The notes below the pieces were generated by a model that worked only from the letters and a program-made list of their open reading frames with translations, made no database searches and was not told the origin of the DNA. The position numbers and the translations under genes were made by a program. A stretch of 64,000 bases of DNA from an uncultured Bacteroidales bacterium (GTDB taxonomy: Bacteria; Bacteroidota; Bacteroidia; Bacteroidales; Paludibacteraceae): positions 9,402-73,401 of the forward strand of contig CACZEL010000004.1 in the NCBI GenBank assembly GCA_902780235.1, in the 5' to 3' direction. This document shows positions 44,639 to 53,916 of the stretch, piece after piece; position 1 is the stretch's first letter; the number at the start of each line of letters is the position of its first letter.

Positions 44639-44960
44639 TTACAGAATTGAAAGTTGAAAGGTGAAAGTTGAAAGATTTATCCCGTTCTCCGTTTTCGATA
44701 CAAAGGGTTACTTCCATGTCCGGCGTGATCGGTTGACGGAATTTCAAGTTACGGATTGCGTTGAAGCAAACCGTACTCCCGACAAATACACCTGCCAATT
44801 CTTCGGCTATCTGCACAAGAACAGCACCGGGTACAACCGGATGACCGGGAAAATGACCGGCAAAAATAGGGTGCGAAGGATTGAAGCGAATGACAAAAGT
44901 GCTTTGCTCTTTCGACTTTTGACTTTCGACGATATCATATAAACTATTTAACAGTGACAT
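44589..44960 (-). CDS. FabZ/FabA-like hotdog dehydratase
   Basis: ..HPIFAGHFPGHPVVPGA.. . The C-terminus reads through the block at 44646-44675 and overlaps the next gene by 50 nt. Confidence 0.7.
   Translation of the reverse strand: MSLLNSLYDIVESQKSKEQSTFVIRFNPSHPIFAGHFPGHPVVPGAVLVQIAEELAGVFVGSTVCFNAIRNLKFRQPITPDMEVTLCIENGERDKSFNFHLSTFNSVNASFIVTYMCPDTDLQ
44646..44675. repeat. Heptamer block at the dehydratase/GT2 junction
   Basis: ATTGAAAGTTGAAAGGTGAAAGTTGAAAGA is translated as ..SFNFHLSTFN.. . Confidence 0.9.
44907..44930. repeat. In-frame block near the dehydratase N-terminus
   Basis: CTCTTTCGACTTTTGACTTTCGAC is the complement of the GTCGAAAGTCAAAAG seen in porX. It encodes ..VESQKSKEQ.. 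. Confidence 0.8.
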
Positions 44961-45354
44961 TCTTAAATTCAATAATCGTGGTATCTCCGTTTTTTTCTAT
45001 CATCTCCACGCGCTGAGCGGCATGGGTTTTATCGTCCATGGTAACATTCACCGAACGAAAGAGTTTTTGGGACTCCCGCTGCATCCGTTCATCCTGCGTA
45101 TTCTCACCTGCAATAGATGCCATGATCATGCGCAAGAGACGCTGTACCTGCGGATTGACATTCGATTGTTTACCGTCTATCTCCCACACCAACGCCTGCG
45201 GCGAAGTATATTCCCATCGCATGTACTCCGGCGCACGGTAAGAGAGGTGGCCGGTGGATACCTGCGGTTCATTCATCAACGCTACTTGCTTCGTTTGCAC
45301 GAAATCCGCTTCCAGCGAAACGATGAGCGACAATATGAGTCCCAAAATATTCAT
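44944..45354 (-). CDS. LolA-like lipoprotein-carrier fold protein (ApeL-like)
   Basis: ..ADFVQTKQVALMNEP..GHLSY.AP..MRWEY.. . Short N-terminus. Confidence 0.6.
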   Translation of the reverse strand: MNILGLILSLIVSLEADFVQTKQVALMNEPQVSTGHLSYRAPEYMRWEYTSPQALVWEIDGKQSNVNPQVQRLLRMIMASIAGENTQDERMQRESQKLFRSVNVTMDDKTHAAQRVEMIEKNGDTTIIEFKNVTVK

Positions 45355-45364
45355 TTTATCATTA

Positions 45365-45715
45365 TTAATTGACCACCAAATAGCACCCCGCCATGATAAA
45401 GAGGATACCTAACCATTGTGTCCACGCGATATGCTCGTGGAAGACGAACATGGCTGCTATCATACCGAACACATACGCAAGGCTACTGAGCGGATAAGCC
45501 TGCGAGAACGACCAGTGCTTGAGGATGTACATCCACAGGATGCCGGCTGCCGTGAACGATATGCCGCAGGCGAGCCACCACCAGTTCGTCACTTGACTCC
45601 ACACGAACGCCCATGACCAGGAAACCGCACCCATCGCTTTGAGGGCGAGTTTCATGAAGAGCTGTCCTGCGCAGAGCAGCATGCTTTGTATGAGGGCTAA
45701 GAGAATCAGTTTCAT
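45365..45715 (-). CDS. Small 4-TM membrane protein (EamA/SMR-like)
   Basis: Four hydrophobic helices. ATGA overlap with the upstream KS gene. Confidence 0.55.
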   Translation of the reverse strand: MKLILLALIQSMLLCAGQLFMKLALKAMGAVSWSWAFVWSQVTNWWWLACGISFTAAGILWMYILKHWSFSQAYPLSSLAYVFGMIAAMFVFHEHIAWTQWLGILFIMAGCYLVVN

Positions 45716-47439
45716 AGCGTTATAATCGTTGCTTTAGCGATATTTTGGGTTTTCTCACCGATATGTTGCATTACCTTATCCCATGCTTCCACCTCTTCGT
45801 CAAACTCCAGCACGAGGGCGTTACGGATCAGACCTAATGCCATCTGCGATCGGATATCGGTCATCGCACACGCGAGCGAATCCTTGCCCTGCGAATAGGT
45901 GGCATTATAGCCGTGATTGCCGGTGAGGATCGCAATAAGCGAAGCGATCGTGTTATGCGTCGATTGGATGAAAGGCGTCGGTTTGAGTTGTTGCTCCTCC
46001 GAATCGATCATGTCCTGCAAGAAACGCATGGATTGCAACATACAACCGTACTGCGTTGCGCAAACGATGGCGTCAGGTTGGTCGATATGCGCCTCCTGCA
46101 TCGCTTTCTTCGCTGCCGCTACGATACGTCGGGTCTGCGGCGTCATACGACGAGCCTCAGCACCGTTGACAAAAGCACTCACCTCGGTATCATCCGAGAT
46201 CTCGATTTCTCGACATTTCGACATCTCGACCAAAGAAGCTACGCTCAGGTCTTTTCCTTCGGCACTGATGACTAACGAGGACTCGTTTCCACCAAAACCG
46301 AACGCATTGCAGAGCACATGATGCAGGGCTTGATGGCGCGTATGGGTAAGGGGTTGAATAAGCCCTTCGGCGGTCTGCGACCAATGCAGGTTAGCCGGAA
46401 TAAAACCATGCTGCATCGCCAGCACACATATCGCCGCTTCGAGTCCGCCGCTGGCCGAAGTGGTATGACCGGTGAGGGCTTTCGTACTGCTGACTGCAGG
46501 CATATGATCACCGAACAAACGGATCAGTGCGGCCGATTCCGAGAGGTCGTTATTAGGGGTCGCTGTACCGTGGGCATTGATATAATCGATGTCTTCGGGC
46601 TGCAGTTGCGCCATCTCCAATGCACCCTTCATCGCGCGATAGGCACCTTCGCCGTCGGCAGAAGAAGCGGTCTGATGGAAAGCATCGCAGGTATTGGCAT
46701 AGCCGTTGATATAACCTAAGATCTTCGCTCCACGGGCAAGGGCCTCCGCCTCCGGTTCGATCAGCAGATACCCTGCTCCTTCACCCAAGTTCAGTCCGTT
46801 CCGGTTCGCATCAAACGGTCGGCAAGGCTGATGATCAAGGATCATAAGCGTATTAAAACCGTTGAGATGGAATTTGCTCAGACTCTCTGCTCCACCCACC
46901 AAAGCTGCTTTCGCTTGACCCGTACGCAACAGGTTCGCTCCTAACATGATTGCATTGAGCGCTGAGGAACAGGCGGTGGAAGGCGTTGCGACGAAGCTGT
47001 TGGCTGTTGGCTCTTGGCTATTGGCTGAAAGGTGACGGACAATAGCGTTCGTCGATTCACCGGCTTCATGCAGATGAATATTCTCCGTGGCAAGACCTTG
47101 CTGGTAGTCCTGCCAATGCTGCTCGGTCAAGTCCATACCGCCGACGGTAGTGCCGCTGATAAATGCTATTTGCTGTTGGCTATTAGCCATTAGCATCGCT
47201 TCACGAGCGGCCATGAGACCTAAGAGGGACGTACGCGGCATAGGTTCATCGACACCGAGCATCTGTTTGAGTTCGGCGTCGGTATAGGGCACTTCCCCCA
47301 CCGGCAAGTCGGTATGAACGCTTTGCAACATACGCATCGCGCCGATACCGGAACGCTCATTCCGTAAAGCCTGCAGGGTCTCGGTGGAGTTGCATCCGAT
47401 GGCGCTGACCATTCCTATGCCTGTGATCGCAATACGCAT
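45712..47439 (-). CDS. Beta-ketoacyl-ACP synthase with a C-terminal extension (KS plus CLF-like tail)
   Basis: ..PSTACSSAL.. (active Cys), ..NAHGTATPNND.., ..GHTTSASG.., ..FGFGGN.. . Confidence 0.85.
   Translation of the reverse strand: MRIAITGIGMVSAIGCNSTETLQALRNERSGIGAMRMLQSVHTDLPVGEVPYTDAELKQMLGVDEPMPRTSLLGLMAAREAMLMANSQQQIAFISGTTVGGMDLTEQHWQDYQQGLATENIHLHEAGESTNAIVRHLSANSQEPTANSFVATPSTACSSALNAIMLGANLLRTGQAKAALVGGAESLSKFHLNGFNTLMILDHQPCRPFDANRNGLNLGEGAGYLLIEPEAEALARGAKILGYINGYANTCDAFHQTASSADGEGAYRAMKGALEMAQLQPEDIDYINAHGTATPNNDLSESAALIRLFGDHMPAVSSTKALTGHTTSASGGLEAAICVLAMQHGFIPANLHWSQTAEGLIQPLTHTRHQALHHVLCNAFGFGGNESSLVISAEGKDLSVASLVEMSKCREIEISDDTEVSAFVNGAEARRMTPQTRRIVAAAKKAMQEAHIDQPDAIVCATQYGCMLQSMRFLQDMIDSEEQQLKPTPFIQSTHNTIASLIAILTGNHGYNATYSQGKDSLACAMTDIRSQMALGLIRNALVLEFDEEVEAWDKVMQHIGEKTQNIAKATIITL
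46996..47035. repeat. In-frame heptamer block in the KS gene
   Basis: GCTGTTGGCTGTTGGCTCTTGGCTATTGGCTGAAAGGTGA encodes ..HLSANSQEPTANS.. . Confidence 0.9.
47165..47194. repeat. In-frame heptamer block in the KS gene
   Basis: GCTATTTGCTGTTGGCTATTAGCCATTAGC encodes ..LMANSQQQIA.. . Confidence 0.9.
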
Positions 47440-47696
47440 TATTTGGTGCGGTTAGCTTGGATATATTCCGCCATCGTGCGAACGGATTGGAAAATCGCTT
47501 TACCGGCTTTCGGGTCGGCTAATTTGATTCCGTACTCACGATCCATCAGCATGATCAATTCCAAGGCATCGATCGAGTCCAAACCAAGGCCTTCTCCGAA
47601 CAGAGGGGCATCGGTATCGATGTCTGCAGGCGTCATATCTTCAAAATTAAGGGCGTCAATGATTTGGGATTTCAGTTGTTCAATCAATTGTTCCAT
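47439..47696 (-). CDS. Acyl carrier protein
   Basis: ..LGLDSIDALELI.. phosphopantetheine attachment site. Confidence 0.85.
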   Translation of the reverse strand: MEQLIEQLKSQIIDALNFEDMTPADIDTDAPLFGEGLGLDSIDALELIMLMDREYGIKLADPKAGKAIFQSVRTMAEYIQANRTK

Positions 47697-48235
47697 ATAA
47701 TCTGTAATTTAGCATAAAAATTATTCGGTTCCGTACACTCGCACCAACCGGCGAGGATGGTTTGCGGGTTTGAAGGTTTGAGGTTGTTTGACATCGTTGA
47801 AAGAAGGATCTGTTCTAATTGCTCGGGGGCGTCGAGGATATAGAACGAGGTCTCTCCCTGGATATGATGGCGGATGGCGATCTCGCCGGTCACGATATTC
47901 GGCAAGGTATAGACGAATAACGCCGGGCTGGGATAATAGTTGCCATCCGAGATAGTTGCCAAATAGTCAGTATCGTTCTTGATACTGGCGCTGCGGTTTG
48001 CCAATATGATGGCTGTTGGCTCTTGGCTCTTGGCTCTTGGCTCTTTCAGCAGTATCTCTGCTGCAATAAAACCGAGACGCGAGAGAGTGTCCATCTTGAA
48101 GAATTTCGGATAGTCACCGGCGTAACGACGATAGAGTTCGACAAGCATCTTCTCGCCTGTCGTCTCCACGGCTATCGGTTGTCCGTTCAGCACTACCGAT
48201 GTCGGTCTGATCTCTATTTCGCTAACAACTTTCAA
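47684..48235 (-). CDS. KS-N-terminal-like accessory protein of aryl-polyene clusters
   Basis: Size and position are typical. No catalytic Cys motif was seen. Confidence 0.5.
   Translation of the reverse strand: MKVVSEIEIRPTSVVLNGQPIAVETTGEKMLVELYRRYAGDYPKFFKMDTLSRLGFIAAEILLKEPRAKSQEPTAIILANRSASIKNDTDYLATISDGNYYPSPALFVYTLPNIVTGEIAIRHHIQGETSFYILDAPEQLEQILLSTMSNNLKPSNPQTILAGWCECTEPNNFYAKLQIIWNN
48011..48044. repeat. In-frame heptamer block
   Basis: GGCTGTTGGCTCTTGGCTCTTGGCTCTTGGCTCT encodes ..PRAKSQEPTA.. . Confidence 0.9.
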
Positions 48236-48267
48236 ACTATCTCAAACTTTCAAACTATCTCAAACTC
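48228..48267. repeat. Junction block (TCAAAC family)
   Basis: ACTTTCAAACTATCTCAAACTTTCAAACTATCTCAAACTC. It spans the stop of one gene and the start of the next. Confidence 0.9.
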
Positions 48268-49252
48268 TTATTCGTATCGCTGCATTCACGCCTCCGAAGC
48301 CGGAAAGCATCTTGATACAATTTACCATTTTGTTATTTACCATTTTCTCATTGGCCTGCATGGCACAGAGGATCGTCTCCAGTACGCCGGCAGCCCCCAT
48401 CGTATGCCCGAAGAAAGGCTTGAGGGCCGAGATGGGCGTGTCTTGCAGTCCTGCCCGCTCCAATGCGATACGCTCCATATCGTCGTTATAAAGCGTTGCT
48501 GTACCGTGTACACCCACCAAATCGATGTCAGCAGGTGACAAGCCTTCCATCACATCCATCAGGCAGCGGTACGCACCTTCTCCCGTGCGACTCGGCGCAG
48601 AGATATGGTTCGCGTCGTTATGGATACTGCCGGCTTCCAAGGTCCAGAGGGGCTGTTGGCTATTAGCCATTGGCAGTTGGCTATAAACGATCGTGGCAGC
48701 TGCTTCGCCGAGGTTCAGTCCTTTGCGGTCGGGGCTGAAAGGCAGACAGGGTTCGGGCGACAAGGCCTTGAACGCCTGAAAACCGCTGACGATGAATTTC
48801 GTTTGAATATCGCATCCTACCACCACGGCATGTTGGTACATCCCGGCTTCCAAGAGACGCATCGCCGTTATCTGCGCACAGACACCGGAGGTGCAGGCAT
48901 TACTGACCACGATCGGTGGGTTCGGATTGCCGAAATGGTGCGCGATCATTTTTGCCGGCGTGATCAAGTCCAAGTTGTCGCCCTTGGTGGTCGAGAGAAT
49001 GAAGATCGTATCCTTCGAATTGGTGATTGGTGATTGGTTATTGGTGATTGCTTCTTCCACGCTTCGGATGCAAAGCGGCACAAAAGCCTGCGGCGTATCG
49101 AACAGCGAGGCGCAGAACGGTTCTACCGAATCGAACCGATCGGTATGGATCTTCAATCCGCTGCGACCTGCTTGCACCGCTTCGTAGTTCGCTTGCGAAC
49201 CATCACCAAGGGGCGAGATAATACTATGTCCGACGCAATAAACCATTTTCAC
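48260..49252 (-). CDS. Beta-ketoacyl synthase family protein
   Basis: ..VVSNACTSGV.. (Cys), ..GVHGTATLYND.., ..GHTMGAAG.. . The start may be ATG 49246. Confidence 0.8.
   Translation of the reverse strand: MKMVYCVGHSIISPLGDGSQANYEAVQAGRSGLKIHTDRFDSVEPFCASLFDTPQAFVPLCIRSVEEAITNNQSPITNSKDTIFILSTTKGDNLDLITPAKMIAHHFGNPNPPIVVSNACTSGVCAQITAMRLLEAGMYQHAVVVGCDIQTKFIVSGFQAFKALSPEPCLPFSPDRKGLNLGEAAATIVYSQLPMANSQQPLWTLEAGSIHNDANHISAPSRTGEGAYRCLMDVMEGLSPADIDLVGVHGTATLYNDDMERIALERAGLQDTPISALKPFFGHTMGAAGVLETILCAMQANEKMVNNKMVNCIKMLSGFGGVNAAIRIRV
48320..48352. repeat. In-frame block (CATTTAC family)
   Basis: ATTTACCATTTTGTTATTTACCATTTTCTCATT encodes ..NEKMVNNKMVN.. . Confidence 0.9.
48651..48684. repeat. 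In-frame heptamer block
   Basis: GGCTGTTGGCTATTAGCCATTGGCAGTTGGCTAT encodes ..LPMANSQQP.. . Confidence 0.9.
49019..49051. repeat. In-frame heptamer block
   Basis: ATTGGTGATTGGTGATTGGTTATTGGTGATTGC encodes ..ITNNQSPITNS.. . Confidence 0.9.
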
Positions 49253-49273
49253 ATTTGCGCATTTTCACATTTA
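49244..49273. repeat. Junction block
   Basis: CATTTTCACATTTGCGCATTTTCACATTTA. It supplies both the start and the upstream stop. Confidence 0.85.
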
Positions 49274-49666
49274 ATCGATAATCGCCAGTTTGAGGGTAGT
49301 GGTTGCAATCATCTCATCCGCCACCTTCGTCGTACACTCGATGAGGCTGATATTCATCACTTCCTGGACCAACACCACTTCGGTAGTCAGCGTCTCACCT
49401 ATCTTCGGCAAACGGTTTGCCTGCATCGTCTTCACGGCGCCGATGAAGCCTATCTTGTTTCCTCCGCAATAACCGGCCCGTACGGCACAGGTCTGCGCCG
49501 CATTCTCCATCAGTCCGGCTAAGGACAGATGACCGTTGGTCACCAAGGGGCAGCCTTCTCGGATCGTGAACGCACTGACCGCACGTTCGTTATTAACGCT
49601 CACCACTTCGTCAATGAAGACGAACGGCGGACGTTGGGGGATATATGTCTCAACTCCAGAAATCAT
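49271..49666 (-). CDS. Hotdog-fold dehydratase (ApeI/ApeP-like)
   Basis: ..PQRPPFVFIDEV.., about 130 aa. Confidence 0.65.
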   Translation of the reverse strand: MISGVETYIPQRPPFVFIDEVVSVNNERAVSAFTIREGCPLVTNGHLSLAGLMENAAQTCAVRAGYCGGNKIGFIGAVKTMQANRLPKIGETLTTEVVLVQEVMNISLIECTTKVADEMIATTTLKLAIID

Positions 49667-50525
49667 AAAAATTAAACCATTGGTAAGGGTACTGCATCAC
49701 GATCCGCTCCATGCTCTGCGCATAGCGGTTCGCCAGATCTTGTACCTGTTCTTTGCGGGATAGCGCGCTGTTGATATCCAACTGCTCACTGTAAACGCGA
49801 TAGGTCCTGTGGTCTTCTTTGATCACAAAAATGAGCAGTACCGGTTGTTTCATCGTCACGCAGATCTGGAACACGCCGGCCGGGAACTTAGCCTCCGCCC
49901 CCATAAAGGTGCATGTGAGGGTCGCATCATTGGTACAACGGTCACCGGCTACGGTGAGCACATCGCCCTGCTGCAGCACCTCGCTGATGCGGTAGATATG
50001 ACTCATGTCGTCCGGCATGACGGTGATCAAACCAATGTTATTGCGTTCCAGCACTTTCGCGCGATGCACCAGCACGACCGGTGACTCTCCGCCATAAGCA
50101 AGGATATGCATTCTCTTGTCCGGGGTAGGCAGGAAATAACCTGCCATCTCGGCATTGCCGACGTGGGAGAAGAGCATGATAAAACCTTGGGGATCATTCA
50201 CCCGACCGTAGTACAACTCGCGGTTTTCCACTTGTACATCAAACGGTTGACCGGCATAGACAGCGAATCGATCAATGATCGCCTTGCCGAAATGATAAAA
50301 AGAGCGATAGACATCCAAAGACGCCTGGATACGAGTGCGTCCGCGACGACGATGGAAGAGATACGATCCGTGGCGTTCGGTGCGACGAACGATGATATAC
50401 CAGATCAGCCAAAGGTGCATCAATCCATACGCCACACGGATATCCGTATGTCGTATAAGACTCACCAAAGCGCTCTGCATACCATGCGTACCGCCCGTCT
50501 TTCCGTTCCACGCCTGTTTAGCCAT
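49650..50525 (-). CDS. LpxL/HtrB-like lipid acyltransferase
   Basis: N-terminal TM segment and ..FSHVGNAEM.. (H..N.E acyltransferase motif). Confidence 0.7.
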   Translation of the reverse strand: MAKQAWNGKTGGTHGMQSALVSLIRHTDIRVAYGLMHLWLIWYIIVRRTERHGSYLFHRRRGRTRIQASLDVYRSFYHFGKAIIDRFAVYAGQPFDVQVENRELYYGRVNDPQGFIMLFSHVGNAEMAGYFLPTPDKRMHILAYGGESPVVLVHRAKVLERNNIGLITVMPDDMSHIYRISEVLQQGDVLTVAGDRCTNDATLTCTFMGAEAKFPAGVFQICVTMKQPVLLIFVIKEDHRTYRVYSEQLDINSALSRKEQVQDLANRYAQSMERIVMQYPYQWFNFYDFWS

Positions 50526-50764
50526 TAGAGGTGCGCCTCGATATAATCGTAAAAGTCCTGTAATGTCTTAACGGTCTTTAACTCTTCTGCCTTGGGTTTG
50601 AAGCCGAACTCGCGGTCAATCAGCACCACGATATCCACAAAATCCAAGGAGTCAATCTCCAGATCGCTCTTGAGCGATGCATCCGGAGTGAGAAGGCTCT
50701 CTTCAATCTCAAATTCCTCCACAAGGAGGTTGTTCACTTTCGCAATAATCTCTTGTTTTGTCAT
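50525..50764 (-). CDS. Acyl carrier protein
   Basis: ..LEIDSLDFVDIV.. . Confidence 0.85.
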   Translation of the reverse strand: MTKQEIIAKVNNLLVEEFEIEESLLTPDASLKSDLEIDSLDFVDIVVLIDREFGFKPKAEELKTVKTLQDFYDYIEAHL

Positions 50765-51885
50765 ATATGTTCTTTCAATTTACAAACGAGTATCGAGTGT
50801 CCGCCATTACCGATCCGGTCATGGATAGTCTCTATCTCCAAACCGGCTTCGAGGATAAGGCGGGTCATATCATCCGTGTTATACATCTTGCTGTTTCCAT
50901 TCGCCAACGCTGTAAAATAAAGGCTGGTCATGGTCAGACTCATCGCTGCCGGCACGTAATCCTGTCTGTCCCACAAAGTCTCCATGATATACACACGGTT
51001 GTTGGCATCGAGGATAGCGGCGGCGCGACGAAGGATAGAGACGATCTGCGTTTCGCTGAAGCAGTCGAGGAACTGCGACATCCAGATCACCTCGTATCGC
51101 TGATCGGTAGGAAAAGCGTTCTTCTCATCGAGGATATCCATTCCTACCCCATGGATACGCTCTGCGCCTGCTTGTCCGGCTGTCGCCTTCTGCATCAAGG
51201 CGATCTGTTGCGGCAGGTCGCATATCGTCACTTCGATATCCGGACTGCTTTGCACGCAGCGGAGGGCGAAACGACCCGTGTTACCGCCTACGTCCAACAG
51301 ATTCAACTGTTGGCTATTGGCTTTTAGCTGTTGGCGGATGATCGCCAAGGCCTCATCAAACGAGTGGTCGGAGTAATAATGGTCAAAACCGAACCAACTC
51401 TTCTGCACCTCTTCCGGCAGACTGCTGAGTCCTTCGTAGATCGTCGGCCAGGGTCCGAAATGCTTCAATCCTGCCGGACGACCCTGCTCGAGCGCTTCGT
51501 CCAGATGAAACCACCCTTCGTAGTTCACATCATGATTGAAGTCAATATCCGCCCGAATCATCGCGTCGCGCAACAAGAACCAACCGATCTTCGCCAAGCG
51601 ATAGGTCTCTTTGTCCGGATCGATGAGCACCATATGGGTCGTCAGCGCCGCTTCCATCAGACACTTAACGGCATAAGCGCTCAAGCCTGTCTGCTGCGCG
51701 ATCTGCGCCTGCGTCATCCCTTCGCGGTGATCGTTCAGCATCTCCAAGATACCGTATCGGATCATCAAGCGGCTAACCTGAAAAATGACCGATCCCCACG
51801 AATAGATATGCGCCATCTCCTGCGCCTGTTGCGCAGTAAAAGGTTCTTTGCTGAACGCGGTATGTAGGTTGTCAAATAAATGCAT
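50761..51885 (-). CDS. Class I SAM-dependent O-methyltransferase with an N-terminal dimerisation/wHTH domain
   Basis: ..LLDVGGNTGRFAL.. (motif I). Confidence 0.8.
   Translation of the reverse strand: MHLFDNLHTAFSKEPFTAQQAQEMAHIYSWGSVIFQVSRLMIRYGILEMLNDHREGMTQAQIAQQTGLSAYAVKCLMEAALTTHMVLIDPDKETYRLAKIGWFLLRDAMIRADIDFNHDVNYEGWFHLDEALEQGRPAGLKHFGPWPTIYEGLSSLPEEVQKSWFGFDHYYSDHSFDEALAIIRQQLKANSQQLNLLDVGGNTGRFALRCVQSSPDIEVTICDLPQQIALMQKATAGQAGAERIHGVGMDILDEKNAFPTDQRYEVIWMSQFLDCFSETQIVSILRRAAAILDANNRVYIMETLWDRQDYVPAAMSLTMTSLYFTALANGNSKMYNTDDMTRLILEAGLEIETIHDRIGNGGHSILVCKLKEHI
51305..51335. repeat. In-frame heptamer block directly before SAM motif I
   Basis: ..CTGTTGGCTATTGGCTTTTAGCTGTTGGC encodes ..QQLKANSQQLN.. 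. Confidence 0.9.
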
Positions 51886-51898
51886 TTACTAATTCACT

Positions 51899-51927
51899 TT
51901 GGCTATTAGCCATTAGCTGTTAGCTTT
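51899..51927. repeat. Junction block
   Basis: TTGGCTATTAGCCATTAGCTGTTAGCTTT encodes the FabF-like C-terminus ..KLTANG* and its stop. Confidence 0.9.
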
Positions 51928-53135
51928 CGTAAAACAATGGCGCTGTTCGTGCCGCCAAAACCGAAACTGTTACTTAAGACAGTCTGGAGCGGCGTCTCGA
52001 TCGTTTGGGTAGCCAGACGCAGATCGGCTGCACAGGGATCGACATGCTCGAGGTTGATGTTGGGCGCCACAAATCCGTGCTGCATCATCAGGATGCTATA
52101 CACCGCCTCACTGGCGCCGGCCATCCAGCACTCATGTCCGGTCATGGACTTGGTGCTGCTGACCCATGCCTGCTTGCCGCCGAAAAGGCGTGCGAGGGCA
52201 ATTGCCTCTTCTTCATCCCCTTGTTTGGTAGAAGTAGCATGGGCATTGACATAATCGATCTGATCGGCAGTGACACCGGCATCCGCCAACGCACGCTGCA
52301 TGGCGATGAACGAACCTTCGCTGCTCGGTTGCGAGATACCGCCTCCGTTGCTGGAGAATCCGTATCCGCATACCTCCGCAAGGATCGTTGCTCCACGAGC
52401 GACAGCGTGGTCGTAGTCTTCGAGCACCAAGGCTGCCGCACCGCCGCTGGGTACTAATCCGTTACGGTCGAGATCGAACGGCCTGCTGGCTTTGGTGGGT
52501 TCATCGACCCGCCCGGAGAACGTGCCTAAGGCATCAAAAGCAGCCATCGAGTACGGGTTCACCTCCTGCGCACCGCCCACCAGCACCATCTCTTGCAGCC
52601 CCTGGTGAATGAACATTGCCCCTAAACCGATCGAGTGGCTACCGCTCGCACAGGCAGCACTGACCGAGAAATTGATACCCCGCAGATGGAAGATCGTACT
52701 CAGGTTCATGTTCACCGTCGAGTTCATCGACTGGAAGATCAAACCGCTACCCAACAAAGCCGTGTCATGCTTCTCCAGCATCGTCTCGTGCATCTCCACC
52801 GTCGCTTGCGCCGTACTGTCGTTACCGAAGAGGATACCTACCTCGTGGTCCAACAGATACTGCTCCTCAATGCCGGCTTGCTCAAACGCTTCGCGGGCTG
52901 CCATATAGGCATACATCGCTTCCTGCGACATACCCGTTCGCAGACGACGATGCAAGAGGTTCTTCAGGTCCGGCGTCTCCACCATACCTGTCAGCGGACT
53001 GCGAAAACCGTACTCCTTGCGTGCCTCGTCATATCCGATACCGCTGCGTCCCATACGCAACGATTGAGTCACTTCCTCTTTATTCCGGCCGATACACGAC
53101 CAGATACCCATGCCTGTTACTACTACCCTTTTCAC
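51906..53135 (-). CDS. Beta-ketoacyl-ACP synthase II-like (FabF family)
   Basis: GTG start MKRVVVTGMGIW, ..SAACASGSH.., ..NAHATSTKQGD.., ..GHECWMAG.., ..FGFGGTN.. . Confidence 0.9.
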   Translation of the reverse strand: MKRVVVTGMGIWSCIGRNKEEVTQSLRMGRSGIGYDEARKEYGFRSPLTGMVETPDLKNLLHRRLRTGMSQEAMYAYMAAREAFEQAGIEEQYLLDHEVGILFGNDSTAQATVEMHETMLEKHDTALLGSGLIFQSMNSTVNMNLSTIFHLRGINFSVSAACASGSHSIGLGAMFIHQGLQEMVLVGGAQEVNPYSMAAFDALGTFSGRVDEPTKASRPFDLDRNGLVPSGGAAALVLEDYDHAVARGATILAEVCGYGFSSNGGGISQPSSEGSFIAMQRALADAGVTADQIDYVNAHATSTKQGDEEEAIALARLFGGKQAWVSSTKSMTGHECWMAGASEAVYSILMMQHGFVAPNINLEHVDPCAADLRLATQTIETPLQTVLSNSFGFGGTNSAIVLRKLTANG

Positions 53136-53165
53136 CTTTCAACTTTCACCTTTCAACTTTCAATT
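53128..53165. repeat. Junction block
   Basis: CTTTTCACCTTTCAACTTTCACCTTTCAACTTTCAATT. Confidence 0.9.
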
Positions 53166-53913
53166 ACCCCATTCCTCCTGCTACGGCAATGACTTGCCCG
53201 GTTATATAAGCCGCTTCGTCAGAGCAGAGAAAACTAACCAATGCCGCCACCTCTTCGGGTTGACCGAAGCGTCCGGCCGGGATGTTTTTTTTCAGTTCCG
53301 CCTCATCCAGATCGGCCGTCATGTCGGTGGCGATGAAACCCGGTGCGACAGCATTGACCGTCACTTTGCGAACCGCCACTTCTTTGCTCAGCGCTTTGGT
53401 AGCACCGATCAAGGCCGCTTTCGCCGCCGAGTAGTTCGCTTGTCCCGGCAGACCACTCACGCCCGAGATAGAGGCTATATTGACGATACGTCCTTTGCGG
53501 GCCCGAACCATCGCCGGCAGTACATGATGCGTGATATAATAGAGCCCTTCGGTCGTCGTATGCAGCACGTCGTGCCAGTCATCTTCACCCATAAAAACCA
53601 TCAGTCCGTCGCGACGGATACCGGCGTTATTGACGAGCACGGAGATATGTGCTCCTTCGTGCGCCGCATCCCATGCCGTCAAGGCCGCTTCAATCGCTTT
53701 GCCGTCTGCCACGTCGAAAGGCAGTAACTCTGCCGAACCGCCTGCCGCCTCGATAGCGGCTTTGGTAGCCTCAGCAGCAGAGGTGTTGCTATGGTAGTTG
53801 AGGATCACAGTGTAACCGTCTCTTGCCAAGCGTTCCGCGATCGACCGGCCTATTCCCCGACTGGCTCCGGTGACCAATGCGTAAGCAGTATTTACCATTT
53901 TGTCATTTACCAT
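53164..53913 (-). CDS. fabG: 3-oxoacyl-ACP reductase (SDR, FabG-like)
   Basis: ..ALVTGASRGIG.., ..NNAG.., ..YSAAKAA.. . The start codon lies in the repeat, and ATG 53898 is an alternative. Confidence 0.9.
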   Translation of the reverse strand: MVNDKMVNTAYALVTGASRGIGRSIAERLARDGYTVILNYHSNTSAAEATKAAIEAAGGSAELLPFDVADGKAIEAALTAWDAAHEGAHISVLVNNAGIRRDGLMVFMGEDDWHDVLHTTTEGLYYITHHVLPAMVRARKGRIVNIASISGVSGLPGQANYSAAKAALIGATKALSKEVAVRKVTVNAVAPGFIATDMTADLDEAELKKNIPAGRFGQPEEVAALVSFLCSDEAAYITGQVIAVAGGMG

Positions 53914-53916
53914 TTA
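53889..53916. repeat. Junction block
   Basis: TATTTACCATTTTGTCATTTACCATTTA is translated as MVNDKMVN. Confidence 0.9.
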
